A DNA stretch of 64,000 bases from Camelus ferus (taxonomy: Eukaryota), in contig NC_045696.1 in NCBI RefSeq assembly GCF_009834535.1, positions 43,960,001 to 44,024,000 of the forward strand. Direction: 5' to 3'. Numbering within the stretch: the stretch's first letter is position 1; the number at the start of each line of letters is the position of its first letter. Both the position numbers and the translations under genes were made by a program. The notes under the pieces are model-generated. The model searched no databases. It was not told where the DNA came from and worked only from the letters and a program-made list of their open reading frames with translations. This document shows, piece by piece, positions 13,830 through 26,451 of the stretch.

Positions 13830-14640
13830 TCCCTGTTTTCCAGGACTAAGATTTCACTAGCCTGAAGAGTGGTAGAGTGCTAAGTATGATGTGGAGTTCA
13901 TTGGTGTGGAATAAAAGTGTCATTATCAGTTTCTATTTTCCTGATGTTTTCCTGTTTGTGATAGGAGTGAGCCATGAAAGTATCTTATCTCTTTCCAGAT
14001 TGTCAGCAGTGTTTCCCACACTAATAATTGCTTGTTTCTTTTAGACAAGAATATCCAAGACAACTTCAGTATCATGACCATAGTGTATGTATGACTACCA
14101 TCCAAAAGAAAGTAGATGGCCATTCTGACAGACTGTGATTTGATGATTCTGCTATCTAGAACATTATTTCTGCATTCCTAAGACACTGCCAAGTCTAGGC
14201 AAATGAGAAATTCACTGACATGGCCTTCTGTGTACCAAAGCCAGACATATCTTTCAAAGATCTGTTTTACAGTCTCAAAAAGTTGCTAAAGAACTTTCAT
14301 GTCAGTAGGGTGGAGAAGCAAACATTGGATGAGCTATTGAGGGATAGGCTGGGTTGCACTGAGATGACGTGGTCCTCCAGAAATCCACTATTTCTGGAGT
14401 TAGAATCATGTTGGCTACAGCAATAGTTGGTGTAAATCTCACTGTCTACATTGTCAGTCCCAAAAAGAGTTTAAAGGAAAAGTGGCACTCAGATGCCATG
14501 GAGACAGTGTTCTGACTCTTTTTTCCATGACATTGAGGATTTTTCATCTTCCACTCATTCCACCCCAGATCCAATTAAGTGAAAGAAAGGTGATCAGGAT
14601 CCTTTCCCTCATATGCTAAATATGTCAGAGCCACTAACAA
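13830..14640 (+). mobile_element. Ancient Gypsy-type LTR retrotransposon relic (putative LTR end plus gag fossil)
   Basis: ORF 14220-14426 contains KPDISFKDLFYSLKKLLKN...LDELLRDRLGC, resembling Gypsy gag QKPGES...LKKLA..C...LRDRLVCG. An upstream LTR-like segment has AATAAA at ~13909. Confidence 0.6.
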
Positions 14641-14749
14641 CATTGTTTCTATTAGGGGAAATATATGTGCATGTGCAAACACACATACATATACATATAC
14701 ACAGAAAATACATATAACCATGAAATATTTATAATCATTTCAAAGGTAA

Positions 14750-16200
14750 AATATAGAAAGATTGGAAAGAAGAAGAAGAATTGGATGGAAGATGTTCTAT
14801 GGATATTCTCTCTAGAAAGAAATATTTAATTTGACCCCAAAAAGTTGAGTCAGGTGAGGTATTAAGACACACACACACACACACACAAAAACACACAGGT
14901 GGCTAAAAAGTTGGTAGGTATAGTTAATAAAAGACCACTGTAACTGCAATGTATTGAGAAGAAACAATGAGATAAAGACTTAAAATGGAGTTAGAGAAAA
15001 GAGGCAGTTCTTTATCAAGGCATTGTAGGCCATGATAAAGAATTGTTAGAATTATTATTTCATCCTAAGTCAATGTAGAGCCATTGCATAGTTTGATCCA
15101 AATTGCATACACACACACACATATATATATATGTATTTGTATGTATGTGTAAATGCTTATATAAAACATCAACCATTATGCAGAGGCTATATTGGAGACA
15201 GATGAAATCGGAGGTATTAAGTTGGCTAGAGCTGCCATAATGAAATAACACTGACTGGGTGGCTTAAAAACAAAAATTTACTTTCTCACAGTTCTTCAGC
15301 CTGAGAGTCTAAAATCAAGGGAGTCCAAAACAACTGCTGCAGGGCTGGTTTCTCGTGAGGCCTCTCTCTTTAGCTTGCAGAGAGCTGCTTTCGCCTTCAG
15401 TCCTCCCGTATCCTTTTCCTCTGTGCTTGCGCATTCTTGGTGTCTTACTTTTCTCATAAGAACACTAAGTGCTGTTGGATTAGGGCCCCACCGTTATGAC
15501 CCCATTTGATCTTAAATGCCTCCTTAATAGCCCTATTTTCAAACAGTCACATTGGGAATTAGAGCTTCCTCATATGAAGTGAGGGGGAATAATTCAGTCC
15601 CTCACAGAAGGGAAGGAGCAGCCAATCACAAAGCTTTTAGAGAATTCCAGATAGCATTGGAATTAGATGTTGTCAACAAAAAGGAAAGAAGGAAGTAAAT
15701 CTAAACTATATTTTGGAGATGGATTGGATAGGCTAATGGTAGATGATGCCTCCGTCTTCCTTACTCTGATTTGAGCAATAGTTAGATGAAGGCAACAATT
15801 ACTGTTATTAATTTGAGTAGAAAAGAAACATTCTGAGACTGAGGAAGGAAGGAGATATAGATTCATTAGGGACATATTAAGTGTGTGTTACTATGATTAT
15901 GAAATATTTGAGGAAGATCTTTTGGAAAAGGATATACCTAAACAGACTTCCATATACTGAGTGAAATTTAACTTGGTAAGGGATTAGAAGGAGTGAGAGC
16001 TAGGGATACATTTCATGAATTAAGAATAGCATTTGTAATGGCTGGTAGATGACAAGAACTTATTTTGAAGTAGATTTTAGGGGCTGGTGAGTTAGGGACA
16101 AGTTTTCATAGGTCTAATTCACCTTGTGAGAGAATTTGACTTTATTTTAAATTCAGGAATAAATGTTCATAGGGAAATTTTATGATAAGATTTGTAAACT
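14750..16200 (-). mobile_element. L2 fragments interrupted by microsatellites and an MLT1 LTR
   Basis: ggcattgtaggccatgataaagaatt...catcctaagtcaatgtagagccattg and ttgagcaatagttagatg are L2-like. (CA)n at 14867-14897 and 15107-15135. Confidence 0.65.
15214..15605 (-). mobile_element. MaLR solo LTR (MLT1A/B-like)
   Basis: gtattaagttggctagagctgccataatgaaataacactgactgggtggcttaaaaac...ggattagggcccc...aattcagtccctcaca. Confidence 0.9.
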
Positions 16201-18129
16201 ATAAGAAGAAATACAGGAAAAATAGTCAACTTGGTACTTCTCCAAAAAGCCACCTATTTTTACATAAAGTACTTTCATTTGGATAGGACTAAAAAAGGAA
16301 AAAAACAGCTACTTAAATAATTGTCTTACATGTAATCCAGACATTAAATATTATACAATAAAACTTAATAGCAATGAATTTCTGGGCATCGGGTGAAATT
16401 TTTCCATTGAATTTATTCTCTGTACAAACTCACAGAGCTGGAAAATGTGTAATACTAATATTAATACTAATATTGTGTATACCTGATTCAGTCAGAGTAC
16501 CTTCAGTATTTCAGACTCTGTATCAAAGATTAATTACTGGGATCATTATCAAAGACCAAATGATACCTTACACATTTATAACAAATCAGTACTAAGTTAT
16601 AACCAGAAATGAAGCTGCATTATTAAATAAAATATTTTCATTTATATTGACCTAGTCCTCCTGTATTCATTTTTAAATGTATGGTAATCAGCTTTGGAAG
16701 TTAAATCAGTTAGGCCTTCTTATGCAAGCATGGTTGAATTAGATGCTAACTATAGTAAGCTTCATCAGAGTAGCATTTTGGAGGCACAAGGCAAATCTCA
16801 GTTGTAGCTAGAAACAAAAGGAAAACCCTAACAGTGAGTATCCTTACAGGTAACTGAATTTCGTCATTCTAGTTAGCAACAATAATATATTTAAAAATTA
16901 AACTGGTCTTAAAAATCTCAACCATGAATTATATTATTCTTGACAGTATAATAATGTTTTGCTTTTTTACTAAATATACCTTCTGTAAAAAACAGAAGTT
17001 AGTGAGCTGTTGAATTTGAAATGATAAAAAACAAAGGGTGAAGTCTAGGCCATTATACTTTTAGTAGAAGCTGCATAACAGTGCATCACTTTTCTTCAGA
17101 AAGGTTTTACAAAAAAGGATTAGTTTTGGAAATGTTGATTAGGTTTGGTCATGGTCCTCCATTTCCATCTGCTGGTTTTCTTCATATTTTTGCCTTTTCT
17201 CTCTGTTATTTTGAATAAGAGTAAGCTTAATTCTTTTCCTGCAAGGGATTTGGCCTTGTCAAATAACTGAAATAACATGAATAGCCTCATAGAGAAAAAT
17301 AATTTGATCCAACTAAATGTGAATTTGCTTATCATGTATTTTTGCTCAATTTAGCACAGTTTAATAATTATGAGCACCAAATGTCAATCACAGTAAAACC
17401 ATTCAAGTTTAGATGTTATTTGATAGGTCTCCAAGAGTTGTTCTGTGAATACTAAAATAAAATAACTATTAAAAATAACCAAGCTTTGTGCATCAAAATA
17501 AATAATCAGATAATTCTGTCTGATTAATAAGGTATCAAAGGTTTATTGAATTTTGAAATGAAAGTAAGTTCTTGCAAAGGCAACAAATCATCTTTGGGAG
17601 AAGAACATTTTTATATCAGAAGTTATATACACTAAGGGAAAGACCTCTAATAGCAATAGACAGCTAACTGAACAGGAGTGTTCACATCAGTAGTCACATA
17701 TCTTCCTTTACTTACCTACACTTAAAAAAAAAGAGGTCTCAACTAATATCATATAATCATATGATGTTAGATCTGGAGGTTCCTTACATTAGATGTCAGT
17801 GGTCTCCACTTCCTTCCAAAGTTAGGGTTCATCTTCTTTAATTCATGTTAGATATTCCTTAATCATTGTTAATAAGAAAAATATCTCAAATCTGAGAGGA
17901 CGCTAGAGTGGAATCTCCAACATGAATTATTTTCCTCTCAAATTATATGTGTTTGCTGAATTAGTCTTAGTAGTAACAGTAAGCATGATCCTGGTAAGCT
18001 CATCTACTGTAGTTAAAGGAATTCATGAACAATTATATGTCCAAACTGTGGACAGTTACACATAAAGTGATATATGTTAGAAATATATACATCCCCAACT
18101 TCTACTGACAGATATACACTGATCATGAG

Positions 18130-18368
18130 AATGAGACTTAGAATGAAGTAGATATGGAGGACCAAATTTTTTTTTTTTTAAAGCAGAGTTGTGAAAAACA
18201 AAGTTGGATCCTTGAAGACATAAGTGAGTGACACATCTTACCCAATCTTGAAACTCAATTTACCTCTAGCTGTTCTGTTATGTGAATGAATACATTTGAT
18301 TATGGTTTAAGACAACTTGAGTTGAATTATTTGTTTCAGTAATTGCAGCTGAAAAATGCCAAGTGATA
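18130..18368 (+). mobile_element. MaLR LTR 3' part (MLT1J-like)
   Basis: ctgttatgtgaatgaatacattt...gtttaagacaacttgagttgaatt...ttgcagctgaaa matches old MLT1 3' ends. Confidence 0.65.
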
Positions 18369-18529
18369 AGGCCACTCTCCTCCATATTGGTGGCCCTTCC
18401 TTATATGCTGTCAGAGTGTTGATTTTCCTCTGAATAGTGGCACCTATAACTGTTTACAATACATAAGAAGGGGTCAAATTATTCCAGAGTATGGGATTGT
18501 TTTTGTCACTTGATTGGGGAACCAGATAT

Positions 18530-18960
18530 GAAGTGGGATAGACATAGAAAGGTGACATCCAGATGCCCATCCTGAAAGGACTTGCTACCCACCTGTAGGG
18601 AGTGTGGTTAGCAGACAGCCTCCAGGGGTCAGTTTCTTTATTATATGCTTCAGCAGTAGAGAGCCACTTCACCCAGTGCCATACCCTTCCCAAGATGACC
18701 TGAACCAGCTGTGCAAAGTGGAGCTAAAAAAGGCTTGTCATTTCAGTCTAATACAGAAGAAGTCTGATAGGCAATTTTGGTTTAGTGTGCCACACTGGAT
18801 TGGCTGAAACTAATCCTAGTTATATTTCTATCTCAGGCCGATCCTGTTTTTTCTACCTTACTTTCATAGTTGTTGATTCCTTGTATACCTTGTATTCCTT
18901 GTATCTTGTAACCCAACTCTTACTTCTGTGTCTGTTTCTGTAAAACCCAACTTGCAATAT
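18530..18960 (+). mobile_element. ERVL solo LTR (LTR16/LTR33-like)
   Basis: atccagatgcccatcctgaaagg...gggagtgtggttagcagacagcctcc...tgtgtctgtttctgtaaaacccaacttgcaa. Confidence 0.7.
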
Positions 18961-19202
18961 TAACTTAGCCATTTTTAGCATACGTTTTCAACCTTAATGG
19001 TACATCTTAAGGATTTTAGGGAGTAAAATTTCTCAAGTATTTTACACAAAATGTAATCAAGGCATATACCAATCTTATGTATCTCATCACCATAACATTT
19101 TCTGAATTTTCTAGTATTTTCTATTTATTTCCTCAACTCTCCATTAGGATCTAAGCAACATGTACACAAGGATATTTCCTTTCTTTCTGTGCACTTGATG
19201 AT

Positions 19203-19827
19203 TGTGATGGTTAATTTCTTATGTCAACTTATCTGGGCCACAAGTGTCCAGGTATTTGGCCAAACATTATTCTAGGTATTTCTGTGAGAGTGTTTTGGGA
19301 TGAGATTAATATTTAAATCACTGAACTTTGAAAAAGCAAACTGACTTCCATAATGTGAGTGGGCCTCATCCATTCAGTTGAAGGCCTGAATAGAACAGGA
19401 AGACTGGCCTCTTCTGAGCAAGAGAGAATTCAGCAGATTTTTTTACTTCATTTGCATCATTGGCTCTTTCTGGTTCTACACCAGATAGCCTTCAGACTCA
19501 AACTGAAACACTGGCTCTCCTAAGTCTCCAGCTTGCCAGTCTTCAGACTAGACCTGAAGGCTTGGCTTTCTAGTATCTCCAGCCAGCCAGTCCACCCTGA
19601 AAATTTTGGACATGCAACCTTCCATAATGGCATGAGTCAACTCATTATTTTATATATATATAAAATAAATATATCATACATATAATACAATAATTATAAG
19701 ATATATGTATATGTGTGTATATATATGTATATATATATACACATATCGTGTATATGTGTATATATATACACATATATGTATATATGTATAATGTGTTCTG
19801 TTTCTCTGGAGAATACTGACTCATACA
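19203..19827 (+). mobile_element. ERVL solo LTR (MLT2-like) with internal (TA/TG)n expansion
   Basis: Starts tgtgatggttaatttcttatgtcaactt, contains gggcctcatccattcagttgaaggcctgaatagaaca, ends tctgtttctctggagaatactgactcataca. TA-rich microsatellite at ~19650-19790. Confidence 0.9.
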
Positions 19828-20110
19828 GTGCCTGATTGTAATTGATGCTTAATAAATATTTAATTTTGAAAGCAATTAAAAAGTTATGATAAAAGATAAA
19901 TTCCTAGAGAAAATGGCTGGCACAGTAGATTCTCAATACATGTCAACTGTACAAATCAATTAATTATTGCATTAGATGAAAATGCTGATAAAATTGAAAG
20001 TTAGATATAGCAGGAAATTTTCCCATTTAATTGAAGGAGTGTATCTTCTAATTAAGCATGGATATTTAAAAAGAAAATATGACAAGAAATTTAAAAAGGC
20101 TATTCAGAAC

Positions 20111-20148
20111 TAATGCCATTAGGTAATGCCATTAGGTAATGCCATTAG
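20111..20148. repeat. Perfect 13 bp tandem repeat (TAATGCCATTAGG), about 3 copies
   Basis: taatgccattagg taatgccattagg taatgccattag seen directly. Confidence 0.95.
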
Positions 20149-20239
20149 CTAAAAATTTTCTAAAACTGATGAAAGAATTAAATTTTCTAAAAAATAATAA
20201 AGTATATAAAGTAGAATTAATAAAAAAAAATTGCAACTA

Positions 20240-21450
20240 GATAGGTTATGGTGACACTTCAAACATTTCAGTTGACCTTTCAGCTAAATTATTATTCAAA
20301 GCTAAGAAATAAAAATGTATTTTTCTAATAAATTTTTAAAAATCCTAAATAAACTGCTACTGATGATCTTCAAAAATGAACTTCGAATTTATATACTTCA
20401 GTAGGAAGAAAGGCTAGGATGCATGATCAAAGAAATGAGTATAATTGTGATTAAATATAAACTCTTAATTGCTGTATCAAGGAATAATGTCTGATCTACA
20501 GGTTAAAAGTAATAATTCAAAATAGAGCTACAAAAAATGTCAATAGTAGTGTGAAGTGCAAATAATGAGCAACGTGATTAGAAATAGAGTTATCTAGTGT
20601 CTTTGTATTTCTCAGATAAATGATAGCAGCATGATTAGTGTGGGACATTCTTATGGTAAGTATGCATGATAAATTTTAAGAAATCCTCTAAAATAATAGT
20701 ATAGTACTAAAATATGTTCCCTTCAAACCAGCAAAGGAAAGAAATTGGGAGGGGAAAAAATCAATTCAGGGATAATTCCTTTATGCAAGGAATAAAGGAA
20801 AACAATGAAAAAATACAAAGTAGAGAATCCTATGTTAAAATTAAGTCAAAATATTGCAATAATTAAAATAAATTTAGATAGAATGAATTTTCTAGTTGAC
20901 AGAGTTTGTCAGTTTGGATTAAAAATGCATCTATATACTCTTTTTTAGAAAAACTATGTAAAATAAAATATCTGATATAGAGATATCGAAATATATCTAA
21001 AATAAAAGATATATTTAGGAAAAAATCTTAAAAGTAACTAAAATAAAAATATATAAAATAAATATTTTAAATGTCTATAAAATAAAATATTTTATACAAG
21101 ACAGTATATAAAAGATGAAAAAAATGCAGGCAAATGCCAAGCAAAAGAAACATAAGGTAGCTATATTGCTATCATATAAAAAAATGAGTCTCATCAGTAA
21201 TAAACAACAGTTTTAAACTTGATGCATCTTATAAATTGGTTTCAAAATGAGTAAAATTAATCTACATCACCCTAGAGGGGTTAAATAGAACACTCATTAT
21301 GAAAAATTGTAGAAATAATACATGAGATTTCAACAATATAGTGACCAATTAGTAGACAAATGCATAAATACATATACTTCTCAAGTACACATAGATCTTA
21401 TATAAAAATTGAACATTCACAAGATCCTAGAACAATTTAAATTTCACAGA
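20240..21450 (+). mobile_element. Old L1 fragment (ORF1 end, spacer, ORF2 endonuclease start)
   Basis: cagctaaattattattcaaa (ORF1 end), then gtcagtttggattaaaaa and caggcaaatgccaagcaaaagaaa...gtagctatattgctatca (endonuclease region). Confidence 0.7.
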
Positions 21451-21569
21451 ATTGGATGGAAACTATTATTTCCATCTAAGTAGTAAGAAAATAGTAGAAT
21501 CATCTCAAAAAATTGCTAAGAACAGAAATAAATGGTACAAAAAGCCAAAAAAGCAATGCTCTGAAGATG

Positions 21570-21730
21570 GCTGCCCAGATATATTGAGACAGTAACCATT
21601 TAACTGCTGAACCAATTCTAGAACTGCCCTGGTTTTGACCTTCTTGATATATTAGATCATAAATGCCTTTATTATGTAACAACTTTTATAGGTAATTATT
21701 ATATTTGCAGCTCTAAGCAATCTAACTACT
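21570..21730 (+). mobile_element. MaLR LTR 3' fragment (old MLT1)
   Basis: ctgctgaaccaattctagaactgccc...ccttcttgatatattaga...tttgcagctctaagcaatctaact. Confidence 0.5.
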
Positions 21731-22465
21731 TTGTTTACCTATAAAATATTGATGGATAGTACCTAAGACCAGATATTGGCAATGTTGAGGAAAAAGAGAA
21801 CTTTTTTTCATGCTGACAGTCCCAAACATTTGCATAATCATTCAGAGAAACAAGCTAGATAATTAAAATATGAAGCTAAATATCTTTGTATACACTTAGT
21901 AATTTATAATGCTTCTAAAATTGTCTATAAATTATATAAATTGCTTTCTTTAAATTGCTATTTATTGTTATTCTTTACTCCTGATTGCCAGGAAGGAAAA
22001 ATTTTCCCTAAATTCTTTTCTCCTCTCTCTATACCTCATTCTACTTGAGGAAAAAGGAATGAACACACAAGATTGGTATGTTTGGGAGGAAAAACTGGGC
22101 ACATGAAGCTCACCATTTTTCTTTCCTCCTCTCTTGGGTACCACCCTGTCTGTGGACTCTTCTACTTCTCTGTGCATCAGACTGGGAATGGCAGATGTAT
22201 TAAAGTTTTAAATGAAAAGTTGAATTTAAATAAGTGGAGAAAAAACATTCAAGGAAAATAAAAGTTATGGAATTTGGAGCAGTGAATTTCAAGCAGCGAT
22301 TGAAACATTTAGCATGGCTACAGTGGATGGGTTTATATTCCGAAGGTGTTTTTAAAATAAGCATCAATCAACTTCTTGAATTTGGTGACTTGCAGTGTCC
22401 TCTTTTGTATAGCAGGACTGGTTTCACAGTTAGCTGTTGGCTTTTAATGACTGAGACCTGGGCAA

Positions 22466-22967
22466 TGTTGATAGACAATTCTCCACATATCTCTTGCATT
22501 TCTGCACATCTCTTGATGGCATTTGTTCCAGACAATTTGTTCAAAGATGATTATATAACAAATAGCCTTGGAATATAAAGATAGTTTCTTCCTTTAGGAC
22601 AAGGCAAATTTATTTTCTCATTGGAATACTAATGACAATGTTTCCCTCTGGGGCAAAGATGAAGTACAATTGCTTCTAGTCTTCTAAGGTTGAAGGTGTT
22701 GCAAGCTTGGGTTCCTCAGCTGTGAGACAAATTTACTGTGTGTGCAGCACCAATCAGGACCATTTCTCATTTCTCATCCTCTTGTAGGGGAGAAAGCAGT
22801 GCAAACAGGGAGCTTATACTGCGTGTGCTGTAAGTAACAAAGTCACAAAGTCCTTTGTCTCTGACTCAGGACACTTGTTTCTTCTGCCAGCATCCATGAA
22901 ACTATGGCAGATTAGTTTGTTACCTTGCAGATAGGTTAACATCTCAGACACTTCCTAATTCTTGAAG
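22466..22967 (+). mobile_element. ERVL solo LTR (MER76-like)
   Basis: tgttgatagacaattctccacatatctcttgcatttctgcacatc...tccctctggggcaaag...gggttcctcagctgtga...aaagtcctttgtctctgactcagg. Confidence 0.75.
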
Positions 22968-23147
22968 AAAAAGATACTAAGTCTTAAGTCATGTGATATT
23001 TTGATATGATGATTGCTTTTGACATTTTGGTGTCTATATTTACAGACAAATATTGTTTTTAAATTTTAATGGGAAGCCACAGTTTAACAAAAAAGCCCTA
23101 TGGACTTTAGCAAGAGAAAAAGTATTTTAAAAAGTTCTTTAAAAAGG

Positions 23148-24468
23148 TAAAGATGAATTAAAGTAGTGGAAATATATCCCATGTTCTCGGATTGGAAGAA
23201 TTAATATTGTTAAAATGGCCAAAGCAATTTACAGATTTAATGCAATATCTATCAAATTACCCAGGACATTTTTCACAGAACTAGAACAAATAATCCTAAA
23301 ATGTTCTCCTAAGGCAGTTTACCCAGATAATATAAATAAAAGCAAAAATAAACAAATGGGACCTCATTAAATTTATAAGCTTTTGCATAACAAAGGAAAC
23401 CATAAGCAAAACAAGAAGACAACCTATGGAATGGGAGAAAATATATACAAAAGATGAGACTGACAAGGGTTAATTTTCAGAATATATAAACAGCTCATAC
23501 AACTTTATAATAAAAAAAAAAACCCAATCCAAAAAATGGGCAGAAGATCTAAACAAGCAATTCGCCAGTGAAGACATACAAATGGCCAATAGGCACATGA
23601 AAAAATGCTCAGTATCGCTAATTATCAGAGAAATGCAAATCAAAACTACAATGAAGTATCATCTCACACCAGTCAGAATGACCATCATTCAAAAGTCCAC
23701 AAATGATAAATGCTGGAGAGGCTATGGAGAAAAGGGAATTCTCTACACTGTTGGTGAGAATGTAGTTTGGTGCAACCATTATGGAAAACAATATGGAGAT
23801 TCCTCAAAAGACTAAAAATAGGCTTATGATATGATCCAGCAATCCCACTCCTGGGCATATATCCAGAGGGAACCTTAATTCAAAAAGATACATGCACCAC
23901 AATATTCATAGCAGCACTATATACAATAGCCAAGACATGGAAACAACCTAAATATTCATCAACAGATGACTGGATAAAGAAGCTGTGGTCTTTTTATACA
24001 ATGGAATACTGCTCAGCCATAAAAAAAGAATAAAATAATGCCATTTGCAGCAACACGGATGGACCTGGAGACTGTCATTCTAAGTAAGCCAGAAAGAGAA
24101 AGAAAAATACTGTTTGATACCACTTACATGTGGAATCGAAAAAAAAAAAAAAAAAAAGACAAACTTACTTACAAAACAGAAACAAACTCACAGACAGAAA
24201 ACAAACTTACGGTTACCAGCAGGGAAGGCAGTGGGAAGGGATAAACTGGGAGTTCGAGATTTGCAGATAGTATTATACATAAAATAGATAAACAAGGTCA
24301 TACTGTATAGCACAGGGAACTATGTTCAATATCTTGTAGTAACTTATGTTGAAAAAGAATATGAAAACAAATATATGTATGTTCATGTATGACTGAAGCA
24401 TTATGATATACACCAGAAATTGACACAACATTGTAAACTGACTATACTTCAATAAAAATATATAAAAA
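23148..24468 (+). mobile_element. Relatively young, 5'-truncated lineage-specific L1 with an internal deletion
   Basis: ORF 23582-23815 [33 protein letters not shown]...KCWRG is the L1 ORF2 C-terminus. Complete 3' UTR with AATAAA at 24451. Confidence 0.95.
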
Positions 24469-24949
24469 GTGAAATAAGAAATTGAAGAAAAGATTAATGT
24501 AACAATTTTAGATTATTATGAGAATATTATTTTGGGATTAAATTCCTATGGACATTACTTTGCAAGGATAATTAATAATTGAACTTGAAGTTATCCTTTG
24601 GAAATTAATAAAGTGAAGGATTTATATTCAAATTTGGAAAATCTCCATTGACTTTGGGTTCTCTAATATTCTTAATATTATTATCTAGTCACAGAGAAGA
24701 CCCTTTGAAAATTTATATTTATAGCTATCATGCAATAAATATTTCTTCATTGAATCACTTCTTTTATTTTACCTTTGATTTTTGTTAATCGAATTTATTT
24801 TGCCAAGATTAATATTGCTTGATCTCGAATTTCTGTAAATAGAAAATACAACAGATATTCTTCTGGATTCAGATTTCTAAACTAAGCATAATATTTTAAC
24901 GATCTACTTATCCTTCTGAATATATTAGTAATTCATATATATTGATGAG

Positions 24950-25570
24950 TAAAAGTACTTTGTAGGGATGTACTACACTATGTTTATCATTCTCCTATTA
25001 AGGAAGGAGAATGTGCTATTTCCATTTTAAGTTTGTTGTGAATAAAGCTACTAGTAGCATTTATGTTCACAGTGTTTTTGATCAAATATTTCTATTTATC
25101 TTGAATAAATACCTAAAAAGTAGAATTGCTATTTCATAAACTATCAAAACTACTTCCCAAGTTGTACCATTTTGCTTTGAGATTAATTTGACTATCACTC
25201 AAATTTGCTTATTTATTCATTTGAGTTTTTGAATCAGCCTGTTAACTTTTACAAAGGAGAAATCTGGTAAGACTTTGATTGCATTGTATTAATTTTTGTA
25301 AACAATTTGCAGAGAACTGCCATCTTAAACAATTTTGAGTTTTTCATTCCATAAATATAGTGTGCATCTACATTTATTTGTGTTTTCTATATCTCTTAAG
25401 ATGATTTTCAGTTGTCATTATATATAGGTTTTGCATATTTTATGCCTCCTGTTTTCCAATGGATGAAAATATTATTTCATATATTTTTTCCAGTTTTATA
25501 ATAGCCTATATAAGAGGGCTTGTCTGGTACCAGTGATTCTATCATGTCTGGAATCAATGTCCCTTTACAT
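24950..25570 (-). mobile_element. Old L1 fragments
   Basis: ttgtgaataaagctact...ttgaataaatacctaaaaagtagaattgct and actttgattgcattgtatt...gaactgccatctta. Confidence 0.6.
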
Positions 25571-26437
25571 TTTCCTTTGTTTCATTTATATCTGTATTTA
25601 TTTTACATCCGTCAGACACCAACTTACCTTCTATATATTACTTAATGTAGTGAACCTTGTTCACTTCTCAGTTTCTCTATAGCATACCCTATGTAAAATT
25701 AGTACCCACCTCTAAGACAATGCCATTGATAATTTGCTAATACACTTATCAAGCTCCCAGAACTAGCAGAAGTTTGATTCAAAGCCCAGAGACTTGCATG
25801 GCCTTCATATCCTATATGCCACACTCAAACCTCATAATAAAATTACATACCATGGGACTTATGATCTGACCCCATAGAACTTACAACTCCTTGATGTAAC
25901 TAATTTCCATTTCTTGACTTTCTATATCTTTTTATTTTTCCAAAGTCAGGGACATATATTAAAATTGATTCACACTTAATCCACAGAGTATTTAATATGT
26001 ATTTGTTGAATTAATTAATACATGATTTTTCAATATGAACTATTGATTGGACAAAAAACCTCTTACATTTCCCAAATTCCTTCTAATATTTTAATTCAAA
26101 ATCACTAGATATATACTCTAGTTTTCTTCTCATTTTAACATTATTTTTTGTAAATCATCTAAAGGAACTAGCAATCAGTAAGTTTCAACAAGTATTGACA
26201 TGTTTTTCTTCCATTTCAAGAAGACAAAATACTTGGAAACTATCTGTATTAGTTGCCCATATGGAGCTCTTTTTTCTCCTCAGCAACAGAGCTCACTACT
26301 GACAAGGGATAGATAGATTTGTGCACAATTTGCTTTGTCTTGATCAGTTTTCTAGATCAACTAATTCTACGTACAGCAATCTAAACAGCAAATCATATAC
26401 TATGTTTATGACCTCTTCCTCTGAGCATAACTCTGAA

Positions 26438-26451
26438 GTTACCATAGCAAC
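26438..26451. promoter_or_regulatory. RFX X-box motif GTTACCATAGCAAC
   Basis: Fits the GTTRCYATRGYAAC palindromic consensus and lies in non-repetitive sequence. Motif only; function untested. Confidence 0.5.

Noticed and set aside
20111..20148. Short palindromic direct repeats as a possible CRISPR array
   Set aside because: No spacers, 13 bp unit and mammalian context. It is a simple tandem repeat.
23582..23815. Protein-like ORFs (also 217-435, 1029-1229, 50868-51161, 54076-54309, 54642-54884)
   Set aside because: They are frameshifted fragments of L1 ORF2, not host genes. No intact retrotransposition-competent L1 is present.
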